63,632 bases of DNA, filler included, from Fonticula-like sp. SCN 57-25 (GCA_001724245.1; 7 parts of 7 records of this genome joined end to end with filler, not necessarily neighbours in it), one strand, 5' to 3'. Positions 1-9,974 are shown, numbered from the whole stretch's first letter. Numbers and translations are program-made. The notes: a model not told the origin generated them from the sequence alone.

Positions 1-996
1 CCCAACTATGATGTCTGGCCCGAGAATCCGCTCGCGATGCGCTTCTTTGACTACTCGTCGACGTACCGGTTCGACTCTGATGCCTATACCAACTTTTACA
101 TCCCCAAGAACATTGTGGCGATCGCGACTGCTCCTCCTCGCACGACGCTTCAGCAGAAGAGCAAGCAGTACACCGTGGGCTGGGTTGTCTCCAACTGCAT
201 CTCGTTCAACCGCCGCGAAGAGTTCATCCTCGAAGTGATGCGCCTGATGCCCGACACGATGCAGACGCTCGGGTCGTGCTGGCCCAACTCGCCCTGGCCG
301 ACGCGTGCTAGCACCGACGACAGCCCAGGCGAGCCCCTTTCGCTTGTCAACGTCATCGCGCAGTACCGCTTTTACTTTTCGGTCGAGAACAGCGACTGCA
401 AGGACTATGTCACCGAGAAGCTGATCAACGCGCTCGAGGCCGGCGTCGTTCCCATTGTCGGCGGCCCGCGCGCAAACTATGAAAATTTTGCACCGCTCAA
501 GGACGCGCTGATCTACATGGACGAGTTTGCGACGCCGGCGGACCTCGTGGCGCACCTCGACCACCTCGCGCGCAACGACAGCGCCTACATGCACCTCCTG
601 CGCTACCGGAACGTCCCGGGCACGACACCTGAGCCGCTCTCGCCGGCTTTTCTTGAGATGGCGCGCACGGTGCGGGACGCGCCGTCGCCATACTGCCGCA
701 TGTGCATGCTGGCGCACGAGGACGACGAGCGCGCCGCGGCGGGCCGCGAAGTGAGCGGGCCGCGCCAGGGCGAGCTGCAGGCGTCAGCGGTCCGATATGA
801 CGACACGTGCGTGCGGGATCGCTTCAGGGACCACGAGAACCAATGGGGCATGAAGCCATGGTACCCGTACTACTACCGCAGCAGGCACATCATCCTTCCG
901 ATTGCCGCTGTGCTGATTTTTGCGGCGTTGGCGGCCGCGGCGGTCGTGTTCTGGAGGTCGAGGAACGCCGCTCGGCGATCGACGAGCAAGGCTTGA
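1..996 (+). CDS. alpha-1,3/4-fucosyltransferase (GT10), 5'-partial, with C-terminal transmembrane helix
   Basis: Frame is open from base 1 (PNYDVWPENPLAMRFF...). Contains the GT10 motif YRFYFSVENSDCKDYVTEKLINALEAGVVPIV, plus WVVSNC and STYRFDSD. Hydrophobic C-terminus IILPIAAVLIFAALAAAAVVFW followed by a basic tail. Confidence 0.92.
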   Translation, partial: PNYDVWPENPLAMRFFDYSSTYRFDSDAYTNFYIPKNIVAIATAPPRTTLQQKSKQYTVGWVVSNCISFNRREEFILEVMRLMPDTMQTLGSCWPNSPWPTRASTDDSPGEPLSLVNVIAQYRFYFSVENSDCKDYVTEKLINALEAGVVPIVGGPRANYENFAPLKDALIYMDEFATPADLVAHLDHLARNDSAYMHLLRYRNVPGTTPEPLSPAFLEMARTVRDAPSPYCRMCMLAHEDDERAAAGREVSGPRQGELQASAVRYDDTCVRDRFRDHENQWGMKPWYPYYYRSRHIILPIAAVLIFAALAAAAVVFWRSRNAARRSTSKA

Positions 997-1269
997 TGCT
1001 ATTATTTGATGTAGAGTCATGAATCTGTACAGCCAGTAATGATTTTTGTAAATATTGTACCAATAGTGTAAATGGAATGATAATTTATCGCATCAATAAT
1101 GATCCGATATTCATGGTAACTGTGTCGCTGCAGGGCAGAAGTTCTTCTGCAGCGTTACGGCAAGCCCTACGGACTCCTACAAGCGCATTCGGCCCTGTGA
1201 AGCAGCGCAGGCGCCCCTTGGCCGCCGTGATTCTCGCCCTTTGCCTTTTTTGTAAACGATCTTCGTCCG

Positions 1270-1281
1270 CTGATTGGCTGG
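1270..1281 (+). promoter_or_regulatory. inverted CCAAT (NF-Y-type) box CTGATTGGCTGG
   Basis: The same 12-mer lies about 50-60 bp upstream of the ATG of all three paralogs; here the ATG is at 1341. Confidence 0.7.
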
Positions 1282-1340
1282 AAAACCTCTGAAGACAGAC
1301 TCTAGACTCCAGAGTCACGCGAACTCTTGTGCTGAGCCAG

Positions 1341-3755
1341 ATGTCGGGGCATGGCATCGCCCGCGTCCGCATTGCGGCTGCAGTGGTGACGCTATGTCTT
1401 ATAACGACAGTATATAGCCTGGTGGCTCGCAACGTTTCGCTTTCTTTTGAAGCGCAGCCGACGTCGATTTTCTTTTCGCTACTGGCGGGCACGGTAGTAC
1501 AAGGTTGCGTCGTAGCCTTTTTCCACATTGGATGGCTGTGCAAAACGGATGCCGCGGGCCTGAGCCAGGTCAGGCTGTGTACGCCAGGCGTCTGGCTTTC
1601 AGGGTTGCTTGAGTATGCCACTGTCCTATTGACTTTTGCATCTTTCTCATATGCGCCGCTCGCCGCCGTCGGGTCGATGCGCGCCGCCGAGCCAGTCGTG
1701 CCGGTGCTGCTGGTGGCCTTTTTGCGGTACCGCGCGCGCGCTCCAGAGCGGCCGTGGTGGGCGGTTGCGTCGGCATTGGCGCTATTGACCGGATCACTCT
1801 TGTCATTTTTTGCCGTCATTGACGAGGGATTCTGCAGCTCTGGGATCGTGTTGCTACTTTTGCTGGGCGTCAATGCGTGTCGCAACGTGCAAAGTGCGCT
1901 TCCTGAAGACAAGAACGCGCCCGACTTTGCCAAGCACATTGCGGCTTTGGCCATTGGCACGTTTGTTTCGTTTGTCTTTTCTCTCGCGGTCCCATCGTGG
2001 TCGCTCGCCTACATCGTGAATGCCACGTCAAACATCCCGTGGCATGTGCTCATGTGGCCGGTGGCCGGTTTAGCGCTCGCGGCGTACAGTGTACTGCTGA
2101 CAAGCTTGGCAACATGGTATGGACATAGTGTGTCGTTGATGGTGGCAGCGGCGCATCACGGTTTGTGCTTCGTCGCGGCATGCATCTTTGTGCCGGATGC
2201 CGCCCATGGCCGCGTCGCCATGCTGTGCTTTGGCATCATCTTTTTGCTGGCGGGCTTTGCGCTCCACTATTTCGGTGTTTTGCAAGTGCGCTATGAGATT
2301 ACGCTGCCGGCGAGCGACTCCAAGACGCGCGGTTTCGCGATGATGGACGTTGGCGTCATCGTGGTCGGCATCATCGCGGCGATTTTCTGGATCGTGCTGA
2401 GCGCGCGCGCCCCGCATCCCAGTTCCTCGTACGTCGCGGCACCAAAGCCGTGTTTACCGGCCACGCTCAGCGACACTATTGTTGGCACGCCGCCGCCACC
2501 GGCGCCTCCCGGGCACCTGGTTTTCTCGTGCTTTGACTTTCCCGGAAATCTCGGCGACACGGGTGTGCACAAGGCTTGTGAAGGCCTCTTTTCCGAGATC
2601 GCCGCCGAGGAGGGCTACAACATCACCTTTGTTAACAAAAAGTGGGCGACGAATGATACTGTTATGATTTACGGCGGCGGCTCGCTGCTCGGCTCTGACT
2701 GGGCACAAGAGGCGTGGTACAAGATTGCGCGCACCCTAGACCCGAACCGCTGGCGCTACCCGGTCTTTGTCTTTGGCAGCGGCTACGACGACAACGCCGT
2801 CACCTGGACGGCTAACCGCACGGCGCTGGACACTGTGCTGAGCGATTCCCTGGCTGTGGCCGACGGCGACGGCATGCGCGACGTTCACCTCTCGTCGTTC
2901 ACCTCGCCCGTGCCGCTGCCGCAGCAAATGTGCTACAACCGCCTGTACTGGCCCATTGTCATGCCAAACCTTCTTTATGGCGGCGTGCGCGGCCCGCTCA
3001 GCGCGCGCATTTTGTCGACGCTGGCGAGCGAATCCAACATCACCTACCCCGTGGCGCCGCACGTGCTCGGCGACTCTGGCGCCTTTATCGGCCGCTACTG
3101 GAACTACTCGCTCGGCCTCACCACCGAGCTCGGCCTGCACAACAAGACGTATGTGCTCATCATTGCCGGCAAGGCGAGCGACGGCACCTTTATTGTCGGT
3201 GCCGACCAGACGCACGCGCAGGTCGTCGTGCAGGAGGAGATTGCGCTGCGCGACTTTGCCATCCACGCGGTCAATGCGGGGTACACGGTCATGATTGCGC
3301 GCATGGATGACCCGCCGCTGGACCGCGAAATGGTCGCGTCGCTCTACAAGGGCGTGCGCGAGGGCCTGCATGAGACGATGCGCGAGCATGTATTGATGTA
3401 TCGGCCGGTGCCGAGCCTCGAGGGGCTGCTGGGCTTGATCAAGAGCGCGCACGTGGTTGTCGCGCACAAGTTGCATGGCGGTGTGTTTGGCGGCGCGTAT
3501 GGTGTTCCATTTATCAGTATTGCATACCGATTGAAGCACTATGACTGGGCCATGTCGCAGAATTCTGTTGACTTGGTTGTTCGTATTAGCGACGTCTCGG
3601 CGGCGGGCCTCATCGAGCGGTTCGATTATATCAATTCTGATTATGAAGCCATTCGCGAGCGCCTAACTGTGACCTCTACTGCGATTTTTGAAAAGTACAA
3701 GGTGGAGGCGCGCAGATTCATGCAGGCCGTTGGGACGATCTTTCGCGCTGAATAG
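1341..3755 (+). CDS. TPT/DMT-like transporter fused to polysaccharide pyruvyltransferase, copy 1
   Basis: About 10 N-terminal hydrophobic helices with SMRAAEP (TPT K-x-x-EP motif), one further TM helix, a Pro-rich stem, then GNLGD, YGGGSL, GVRGPLS, GDSG and KLHGGVFGGAYGVPFISIAYRLK (PS_pyruv_trans motifs). ATG 1341 chosen by alignment with the paralogs. Confidence 0.8.
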   Translation: MSGHGIARVRIAAAVVTLCLITTVYSLVARNVSLSFEAQPTSIFFSLLAGTVVQGCVVAFFHIGWLCKTDAAGLSQVRLCTPGVWLSGLLEYATVLLTFASFSYAPLAAVGSMRAAEPVVPVLLVAFLRYRARAPERPWWAVASALALLTGSLLSFFAVIDEGFCSSGIVLLLLLGVNACRNVQSALPEDKNAPDFAKHIAALAIGTFVSFVFSLAVPSWSLAYIVNATSNIPWHVLMWPVAGLALAAYSVLLTSLATWYGHSVSLMVAAAHHGLCFVAACIFVPDAAHGRVAMLCFGIIFLLAGFALHYFGVLQVRYEITLPASDSKTRGFAMMDVGVIVVGIIAAIFWIVLSARAPHPSSSYVAAPKPCLPATLSDTIVGTPPPPAPPGHLVFSCFDFPGNLGDTGVHKACEGLFSEIAAEEGYNITFVNKKWATNDTVMIYGGGSLLGSDWAQEAWYKIARTLDPNRWRYPVFVFGSGYDDNAVTWTANRTALDTVLSDSLAVADGDGMRDVHLSSFTSPVPLPQQMCYNRLYWPIVMPNLLYGGVRGPLSARILSTLASESNITYPVAPHVLGDSGAFIGRYWNYSLGLTTELGLHNKTYVLIIAGKASDGTFIVGADQTHAQVVVQEEIALRDFAIHAVNAGYTVMIARMDDPPLDREMVASLYKGVREGLHETMREHVLMYRPVPSLEGLLGLIKSAHVVVAHKLHGGVFGGAYGVPFISIAYRLKHYDWAMSQNSVDLVVRISDVSAAGLIERFDYINSDYEAIRERLTVTSTAIFEKYKVEARRFMQAVGTIFRAE

Positions 3756-4157
3756 ACTTTAAAGGGATGATTGTATAGGCATTTTTGAGCATGTGTAGTG
3801 TAATTTCAGATAAATGTTGTTAGCAATAAATCAATGTAAATAAATTACCGTAGCAAACGAAAGCAACATCGAATACAGCGCTGCTGCCGGCGGCAATTGG
3901 CTGCGGCGGCGGGTCTGGAGGGCGAGCTACGCCCATTGGTCGCGCACTGCAATGGTCAATCGAGAATCCAAGGTCACTTTAAAGCCTAAAACTTTGATTA
4001 TCCACTCTTTTATGACAGCCAACGGCGAATCCTGCCATTACCTAGCACTAGCTTCAACGTTGTTGTACAACAGCGAGTGTAGCGCGGCAGCCGGCAAGGC
4101 GGAACCTCGGGTCTTTGTGAGTGCCGAGTGAAGGGTCGATCAATGATCAGCGCTTCG

Positions 4158-4169
4158 CTGATTGGCTGG
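4158..4169 (+). promoter_or_regulatory. inverted CCAAT box CTGATTGGCTGG
   Basis: Same 12-mer, 52 bp upstream of ATG 4221. Confidence 0.7.
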
Positions 4170-4220
4170 TTCCAAATTGATTACTTGATGGGTGTCAAGC
4201 GCACTTCCTAATAGAAAAAC

Positions 4221-6608
4221 ATGGGCGACTCGCTAGGCATCGCGCGGGTCCGCGTTGCGGCCGCGGTGATCGCGCTATGCGTCTTGACGGCGTTATATAG
4301 CATTGTGTCTCGCAATGTTTTGCTTTCTCTTGAGGAGCAGCCGACGTCGATTATCTTTTCGCTGCTGGCTGGCACAGTAGTACAAGGTTTCGTTGTGGCC
4401 TTTTTATACTTTGGCCTGCTGTGCCGTTCGGGTGCCACGCGTCTGCATCAAGTTCAGCTATTTTCCGCAAACGTCTGGCTATTAGCGCTCGTCGAGTATG
4501 CTACAGTTCTGCTGACTTTTGCATCCTTTTCATATGCGCCGCTCGCCGCCGCCGTGTCAATGCGCGCCACCGAACCGGTCGTGCCAGTGCTGCTCGTGGC
4601 CGTTTTGCGGTACCGCGCGCGCGCCTCGGAGCAACCCTGGTGGGCGCTGGCGTCGACTGCGGTATTATTAACTGGGTCGCTGCTTTCGTTTTTTGCCGTC
4701 ATCGAGAACGGTTTTTGCAGCTCGGGGATCGTCCTGCTACTTTTGATGTGCACCAACGCGGGCCGGAACGTGCAGAGCGCTCTACCAGACGGCGACGACG
4801 CGGCCGAGTTTGCCAAGCGCGCTGCCTCTTTTGTTATCGGCCTTTGTGTTTCGTTTGTCTTTTCGCTCGCTGCCCCTTCCTGGTCGATCGCGTATATCTT
4901 GCAAGCCGGTTCGAACATCCCCTGGCATGTTTTTATGTGGGCGGTGGCCGGCGTGGCGCTCGCTGCCCACAGTGCACTGCTCGCAAGCTTGGCGACATGG
5001 TATGGACATAGTTTGTCGTTGATGTTGGTAGCGGCGCATTATGTTTTGTGCTTCATCGCCGCTTGCATCTTTGTGCCCGATGCCGCCGATTACCGGATTG
5101 CGATGCTGTGCTTTGGCATCATCTTTATGGTGGCAGGGTTTGCGCTTCAGTACGTTGGAGTTTCACATGTGCGCTTTGAGAGTACGATTTCTGCGGGCGA
5201 GGCCAAGACGCGCGGGCGCGGCGGCCTTTCCATGATCGATGTCGGCGTCATCGTGGTCGGCATCGTCGCGGCAGTTTTCTGGATCATCCTGAGCGCGCTC
5301 GGCCCCGTCCTCAGCCCGCCCTCGTACGACCCAGTGCCGCTCCCAAGCTCGCCGCCGCCACAAGTGTACCTAGCTCTTTCGTGCTTTGACTTTCCTGGCA
5401 ATCTCGGCGACACGGGCGTGCACAGGGCGTGCGAAGGGATCTTTGCCGAGGTCGCCGCCGAGGAAGGCTACAACGTCACCTTTATTGACAAAACGTCTGC
5501 GACGAACGATACCGTAATGGTGTACGGGGGCGGGTCCCTGCTCGGCGCCGACTGGGCGCAGAACATTTGGTATTCTATCGTGCGGAGCCTGAACCCGCAT
5601 CATTGGCGTTACCCGATTTTCCTCTTTGGCAGCGGCTATGACGACAACGCTGTCTCCTGGACGTCAAACAGCACAGTGCTGGACAGTGTGCTGAGCGAGG
5701 CTGTTGAGGTGTCGGCGGGCGACGGCATGCGCGACGTGCACATGTCATCTTTCAACACGTCGCTCTCGCTTCCGCAGCAGTCGTGCCCGAACCGCCTGTA
5801 CTGGCCAATTATCATGCCGAATCTTTTATATGGCGGCGTGCGCGGCCCGCTGAGCGCGCGTATCCTCGCGACGCTGGCGAGCGAATCCTACATCACCTTG
5901 CCCGTGGTTTCGCGCGTGGTCGGCGACTCTGGCGCCTTTGTTGGGCGCTACTCAAACGCCCAACTCGACCTCGTCGACGAGCTCGGCGTGCGCAACAAGA
6001 CATTTGTTCTGGTGCTTGTCGGCAAGGCGAGCGACGGCACTTTTCTTATTGGCGCGAACCAGACCCACGCGCAGGTCGTCGAGCAGGAGGAAGTTGCGCT
6101 GCGCGGCTTTGCCATCCATGCAGTCAAGGCAGGATACGACGTAGTGTTTGCGCGCATGGAGAGCCCGCCGGCGGACCGCGAGCTTGTCGCGTCACTGTAT
6201 AATGACACGCGCGCGGGTGTCAACGAGACACTGCACGATAATGTCAAGAGCTACCTGCCAGTGCCGACCCTCGAGAGTCTACTGGGCTTGATCAAGAGCG
6301 CGCACGTGGTAGTCGCGCACAAGCTGCACGGCGGTGTTTTTGCCGGCGCGTATGGCGTTCCTTTTATCAGCATTGCATACCGCTTGAAGCATTACGACTG
6401 GGCTATTTCGTTGAATGCCCCCGATTTGGTTGTTCGAATCAGCGACGTCTCGGAGGCAGGCCTCATCGAGCGGTTTGACTATATCAATTTAGAGTATGGA
6501 TCGATTTGCGAGCATCTATTGCTCTCGTCTTCTGCCATTTTTGAAAAGTACAAGGAGGAAGCGCGTAGATTTTTAAAGGCCGCCGCCGAGATCTACCTTG
6601 GCGGCTAG
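4221..6608 (+). CDS. TPT/DMT-like transporter fused to polysaccharide pyruvyltransferase, copy 2
   Basis: Full-length paralog of copy 1 (SMRATEP; GNLGD; YGGGSLL; GVRGPLS; KLHGGVFAGAYGVP). Single uninterrupted ORF. Confidence 0.8.
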   Translation: MGDSLGIARVRVAAAVIALCVLTALYSIVSRNVLLSLEEQPTSIIFSLLAGTVVQGFVVAFLYFGLLCRSGATRLHQVQLFSANVWLLALVEYATVLLTFASFSYAPLAAAVSMRATEPVVPVLLVAVLRYRARASEQPWWALASTAVLLTGSLLSFFAVIENGFCSSGIVLLLLMCTNAGRNVQSALPDGDDAAEFAKRAASFVIGLCVSFVFSLAAPSWSIAYILQAGSNIPWHVFMWAVAGVALAAHSALLASLATWYGHSLSLMLVAAHYVLCFIAACIFVPDAADYRIAMLCFGIIFMVAGFALQYVGVSHVRFESTISAGEAKTRGRGGLSMIDVGVIVVGIVAAVFWIILSALGPVLSPPSYDPVPLPSSPPPQVYLALSCFDFPGNLGDTGVHRACEGIFAEVAAEEGYNVTFIDKTSATNDTVMVYGGGSLLGADWAQNIWYSIVRSLNPHHWRYPIFLFGSGYDDNAVSWTSNSTVLDSVLSEAVEVSAGDGMRDVHMSSFNTSLSLPQQSCPNRLYWPIIMPNLLYGGVRGPLSARILATLASESYITLPVVSRVVGDSGAFVGRYSNAQLDLVDELGVRNKTFVLVLVGKASDGTFLIGANQTHAQVVEQEEVALRGFAIHAVKAGYDVVFARMESPPADRELVASLYNDTRAGVNETLHDNVKSYLPVPTLESLLGLIKSAHVVVAHKLHGGVFAGAYGVPFISIAYRLKHYDWAISLNAPDLVVRISDVSEAGLIERFDYINLEYGSICEHLLLSSSAIFEKYKEEARRFLKAAAEIYLGG

Positions 6609-6823
6609 AGTTTCAACCTTTATATTCACAGTTGTCGCAATTTTGAGCATGTCTTATGTTCTTTCATAGATGCATTCATTATATCATTCGATCATTGTAG
6701 GTAAATTCCACTAGTATATGGCAATAACATGCATTATCTCCTTCTTGGCCGGTCAATCCACTCATGTCAATCATGGCTGAATCAGCTGCTGGGCGCTTGA
6801 GGGGCAGTCAAAAAGAGTCGAAC

Positions 6824-6865
6824 CTGATTGGCTGGAAAAAATGGACAATCGATCTGATTGGCTGG
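6824..6865 (+). promoter_or_regulatory. duplicated inverted CCAAT boxes (6824-6835 and 6854-6865)
   Basis: CTGATTGGCTGGAAAA occurs twice, 30 bp apart; the second ends 52 bp before ATG 6917. Confidence 0.7.
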
Positions 6866-6916
6866 AAAATCTTGTCGATCCCCGGTGGTTTTAGCTTGAC
6901 GCACGCCGAGCGCACG

Positions 6917-9325
6917 ATGGCGCCCGGCATCGACGTCCTTAGGATAGGCGTAGCCTTGGCTGCGCTATGCAGCGCGACAGTATTATACAGCCTAGTGTCG
7001 CGGGAGGTGATGGATTCGCTGCCGTCCCATACATCTACAATACCATACTTTATTCTGGGCGGGAGCATCGTCCAGGCCTTTGTTATGGCCTTTTTTGCCG
7101 CCGTGGCACCCAGCAGCAGCACGCCGAGAGGCGATTTCCGCCTCTCATCTTTAGATGTGTGGCTGAGGGCTGCGGCCAATTTTTTTGCTCTCATTTTGAC
7201 GTACGCCACCTACTCGCTCGCGTCGTCCTTTGCGGCAGTCGAATCGGTGCGGGCCGCCGAGCCGTTCTTGCCGCTGCTGCTGGTGGCGTTCATGAAGCGA
7301 CGCGCCAAGGCATCTGAAGGGCCCTGGTGGTGGCTTGCTTCGGCCGCTCTATTATTTATTGGCGCAATTTTTTGCTTTTTCTCCATTGCTTTTGATCAGC
7401 GAGCAAGTGTTGCTTCAGTTTTGATGCTCGGGCTCTGCGCGAATCTAGCCCACACCATGCAGGACCAGCTCCACGACAAGGATGGCGCTTCCCAGTTTTC
7501 AGTTCAGTTTGCGTCTTTTCTGCTTTGCGTTTTGGTCTTTCTTGTCTACCTTTTGTTCAGCCCGTCATGCTCGCTTGTGCACGCCATGCATGTGGCAACC
7601 GTAGACAACCATCTGGTGATGCAGATCGCCATGTGGATCGTCGCTGGCGTCACGCTCGCCGTGCTCGACATGATCCTGTCGCACTGTGCGACGTGGCTCA
7701 GCCCGACTGGTATAATTATTCTGTCGGCGATTCACCACGCGGTTTGCATTGTCGGCGCGTGTATTGTCGTCCCCGGCGCTGTCGGCGGCGGCATCGCCAT
7801 GCTCTGCATTGGCATTATTCTTCTTGTGGCCGGGTTTGCCCTCCACTTTCGCGCGGTGCAGGCCGAGCAAGCTGTTCTTCCCATGCCGGCGTCTGATACG
7901 TGGGGAAGCGGTGCTGCGCCGCTCGACATTGCCGGCATCATCATCGGCATCGCCGCGGTTTGCTGGATTATTGTGGCGCGCTCGACGCCAGTGGTTACCC
8001 CTTCGTATGTTTCGATGCCGATTCTGCTCAACGGCAGCTCTGTTGATGGACAGTCTGCCTCTTTCAACCTGGCCTGCTTTGACTTTCCCGGTAACCTCGG
8101 CGACACGGGCGTGCACCTTGCCTGCGAGCGGCTGTTTGCCGAGGTCGCCTCCGAGGAGGGCCTCATCGTGAACATTATCCAGAAGGAGAGCGCGACGAGT
8201 GACACGATCATGGTGTACGGCGGCGGCTCGCTGCTCGCGACCAGCTGGGCGCAGCAGCGCTGGTTCAATCTGGCGGGACGCAGCATGGACCCGCACCGCT
8301 GGCGGTATCCGCTCTTTTACTTTGGCGGCGGCTATGATGACAACGATGTATCGTGGACGTCAAACACGACCATGCTCGACATTGTGCTTCGCGAAACTGA
8401 GGAGGTGACGGCGGGCGATGGGAGCAAGGACATTGACATGTCGAGCTTTAGCACGACACTCTCGCTTCCGCAGCAGTCCTGCACGCTTCGGCTCTACTGG
8501 CCGATTGTCATGCCGAATCTCGTCTATGGCGGCGTGCGCGGCCCGCTGACCGCGCGCATCCTTACTACTCTGGCGAGCGAGACGTCGCTGAGCATGCCGG
8601 CCTCGTCGCGCGTCATCGGCGACTCGGGGTGTTTTATCAACCGATACGTCGACACCAGCCTTGACCTCACAACGCGGCTCGACCTGGCCGACAAGCCTTT
8701 TGTTCTTATTCTCGCGGGCAAGTCGAGCGACGGCCAGTTCTTGGTCGGGGCGAACCAAAAGCAGAGCGAGGTTGTCCGGCAGGAGGAGGAGGCGCTCCGC
8801 GATTTTGGTGTTTATGCCGCCAATCAGGGGTATAAAGTCGCCTTGATTGCGATGGCAGGCCTGAATGAGGACATTGAGCAGCTCGCCTCGCTCCATGACG
8901 GCATCCGCGCGCGAGTGAACGCCTCGGTCGGCGATAATGTCGTGTTTGATTCCGAGTCGCCGTCGCTCGAAAACCTGCTCGGCTTGATTCAGCAGGCGCA
9001 CGTGGTGGTCGCGCACAAGCTGCACGGCGGGGTGTTTGCCGGCGCCTTTGGTACCCCTTTTATCAGTATTGCATACCGCTTGAAGCACTATGATTGGGCG
9101 CTGTCGCTCGACGCCACGGACTTGGTCGTGCGTATTAGCGACGTGACGGCAGACAGCCTCATTGACCGATTCAACTATATTCTCGCGGATTACGATTCCA
9201 TTCGAGATAGACTGCTGGCGAAGGCTGCTTTGATTCACGGCAAGTTCAAGGAGGAGGCGCGTCGCTTCTTACGCGACGCGGCTTTGATGGGCAGCGGCGG
9301 GCCGCTTCCTCATCGTGCCAATTAA
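6917..9325 (+). CDS. TPT/DMT-like transporter fused to polysaccharide pyruvyltransferase, copy 3 (most diverged)
   Basis: SVRAAEP; GNLGD; YGGGSLL; GVRGPLT; KLHGGVFAGAFGTP. ATG 6917 (MAPGIDVLR) aligns with the paralog starts. The longer ORF from 6764 reads through the promoter. Confidence 0.8.
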   Translation: MAPGIDVLRIGVALAALCSATVLYSLVSREVMDSLPSHTSTIPYFILGGSIVQAFVMAFFAAVAPSSSTPRGDFRLSSLDVWLRAAANFFALILTYATYSLASSFAAVESVRAAEPFLPLLLVAFMKRRAKASEGPWWWLASAALLFIGAIFCFFSIAFDQRASVASVLMLGLCANLAHTMQDQLHDKDGASQFSVQFASFLLCVLVFLVYLLFSPSCSLVHAMHVATVDNHLVMQIAMWIVAGVTLAVLDMILSHCATWLSPTGIIILSAIHHAVCIVGACIVVPGAVGGGIAMLCIGIILLVAGFALHFRAVQAEQAVLPMPASDTWGSGAAPLDIAGIIIGIAAVCWIIVARSTPVVTPSYVSMPILLNGSSVDGQSASFNLACFDFPGNLGDTGVHLACERLFAEVASEEGLIVNIIQKESATSDTIMVYGGGSLLATSWAQQRWFNLAGRSMDPHRWRYPLFYFGGGYDDNDVSWTSNTTMLDIVLRETEEVTAGDGSKDIDMSSFSTTLSLPQQSCTLRLYWPIVMPNLVYGGVRGPLTARILTTLASETSLSMPASSRVIGDSGCFINRYVDTSLDLTTRLDLADKPFVLILAGKSSDGQFLVGANQKQSEVVRQEEEALRDFGVYAANQGYKVALIAMAGLNEDIEQLASLHDGIRARVNASVGDNVVFDSESPSLENLLGLIQQAHVVVAHKLHGGVFAGAFGTPFISIAYRLKHYDWALSLDATDLVVRISDVTADSLIDRFNYILADYDSIRDRLLAKAALIHGKFKEEARRFLRDAALMGSGGPLPHRAN

Positions 9326-9974
9326 GTTTTGGGTTGACTTGCGGCCTTTGTATTTTGATTATCTTTTTTGACATGTCATTTACCTGCATTTTTCGTGTAA
9401 TTTAACAGCATTAATACATTGATTCAATTATACTACGAGCGTGACGGGAACGAGTTGGAGGCGACACGCGTTGAAATTCGTGAAAGCTTGGCTCAGCACG
9501 TTCACTATATGTTGCGCAATATCAAAGCGGATAGGCAGCAGCCACGAGCGTGCACATGACCCCTACTGGTGCGGGCCCTGATAATGCGCGCAGATGCCGA
9601 AACATTGGTGCAGATGTCGGCGGCCAGTGCGCCATTCCTGATTGGAAGAATTCGTTGTGCAAACTATCTGATTCCCGCCGCGCGCTTGCCTGTCTCCCTC
9701 GGCGGCGGCTCCGCAGTCCTTTTCAATGCGCGCGCGAAACTTGTCAAGCTTGTCGGGCAGCGCGAGATCGGCGATGAAAGGAAGGCGGCGCCGATAGTAA
9801 TCATTATACCTTTGCCAGTCTTCTTTGAATGCTTTTGAAGAGGACACCAATGGTTGCCACGGCAGCTCGCCCTTAAGCACCACACAAGCACCAATAAAAG
9901 CCCCTCGAAATCGTCCTCCATCTTCCACCCGCCACGCTCGAGCGCGCGCGAGCTAGCAAACATGGGCGTTCCTT

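Noticed and set aside
1085-9238. Long antisense ORFs (1085-1960, 2736-3539, 7565-8296, 8360-9238)
   Set aside because: Shadow frames of GC-rich sense genes.
9563-9974. Minus-strand ORF at the end of contig 1 as a transposase fragment
   Set aside because: Only a vague TTN motif; too short and truncated to call.
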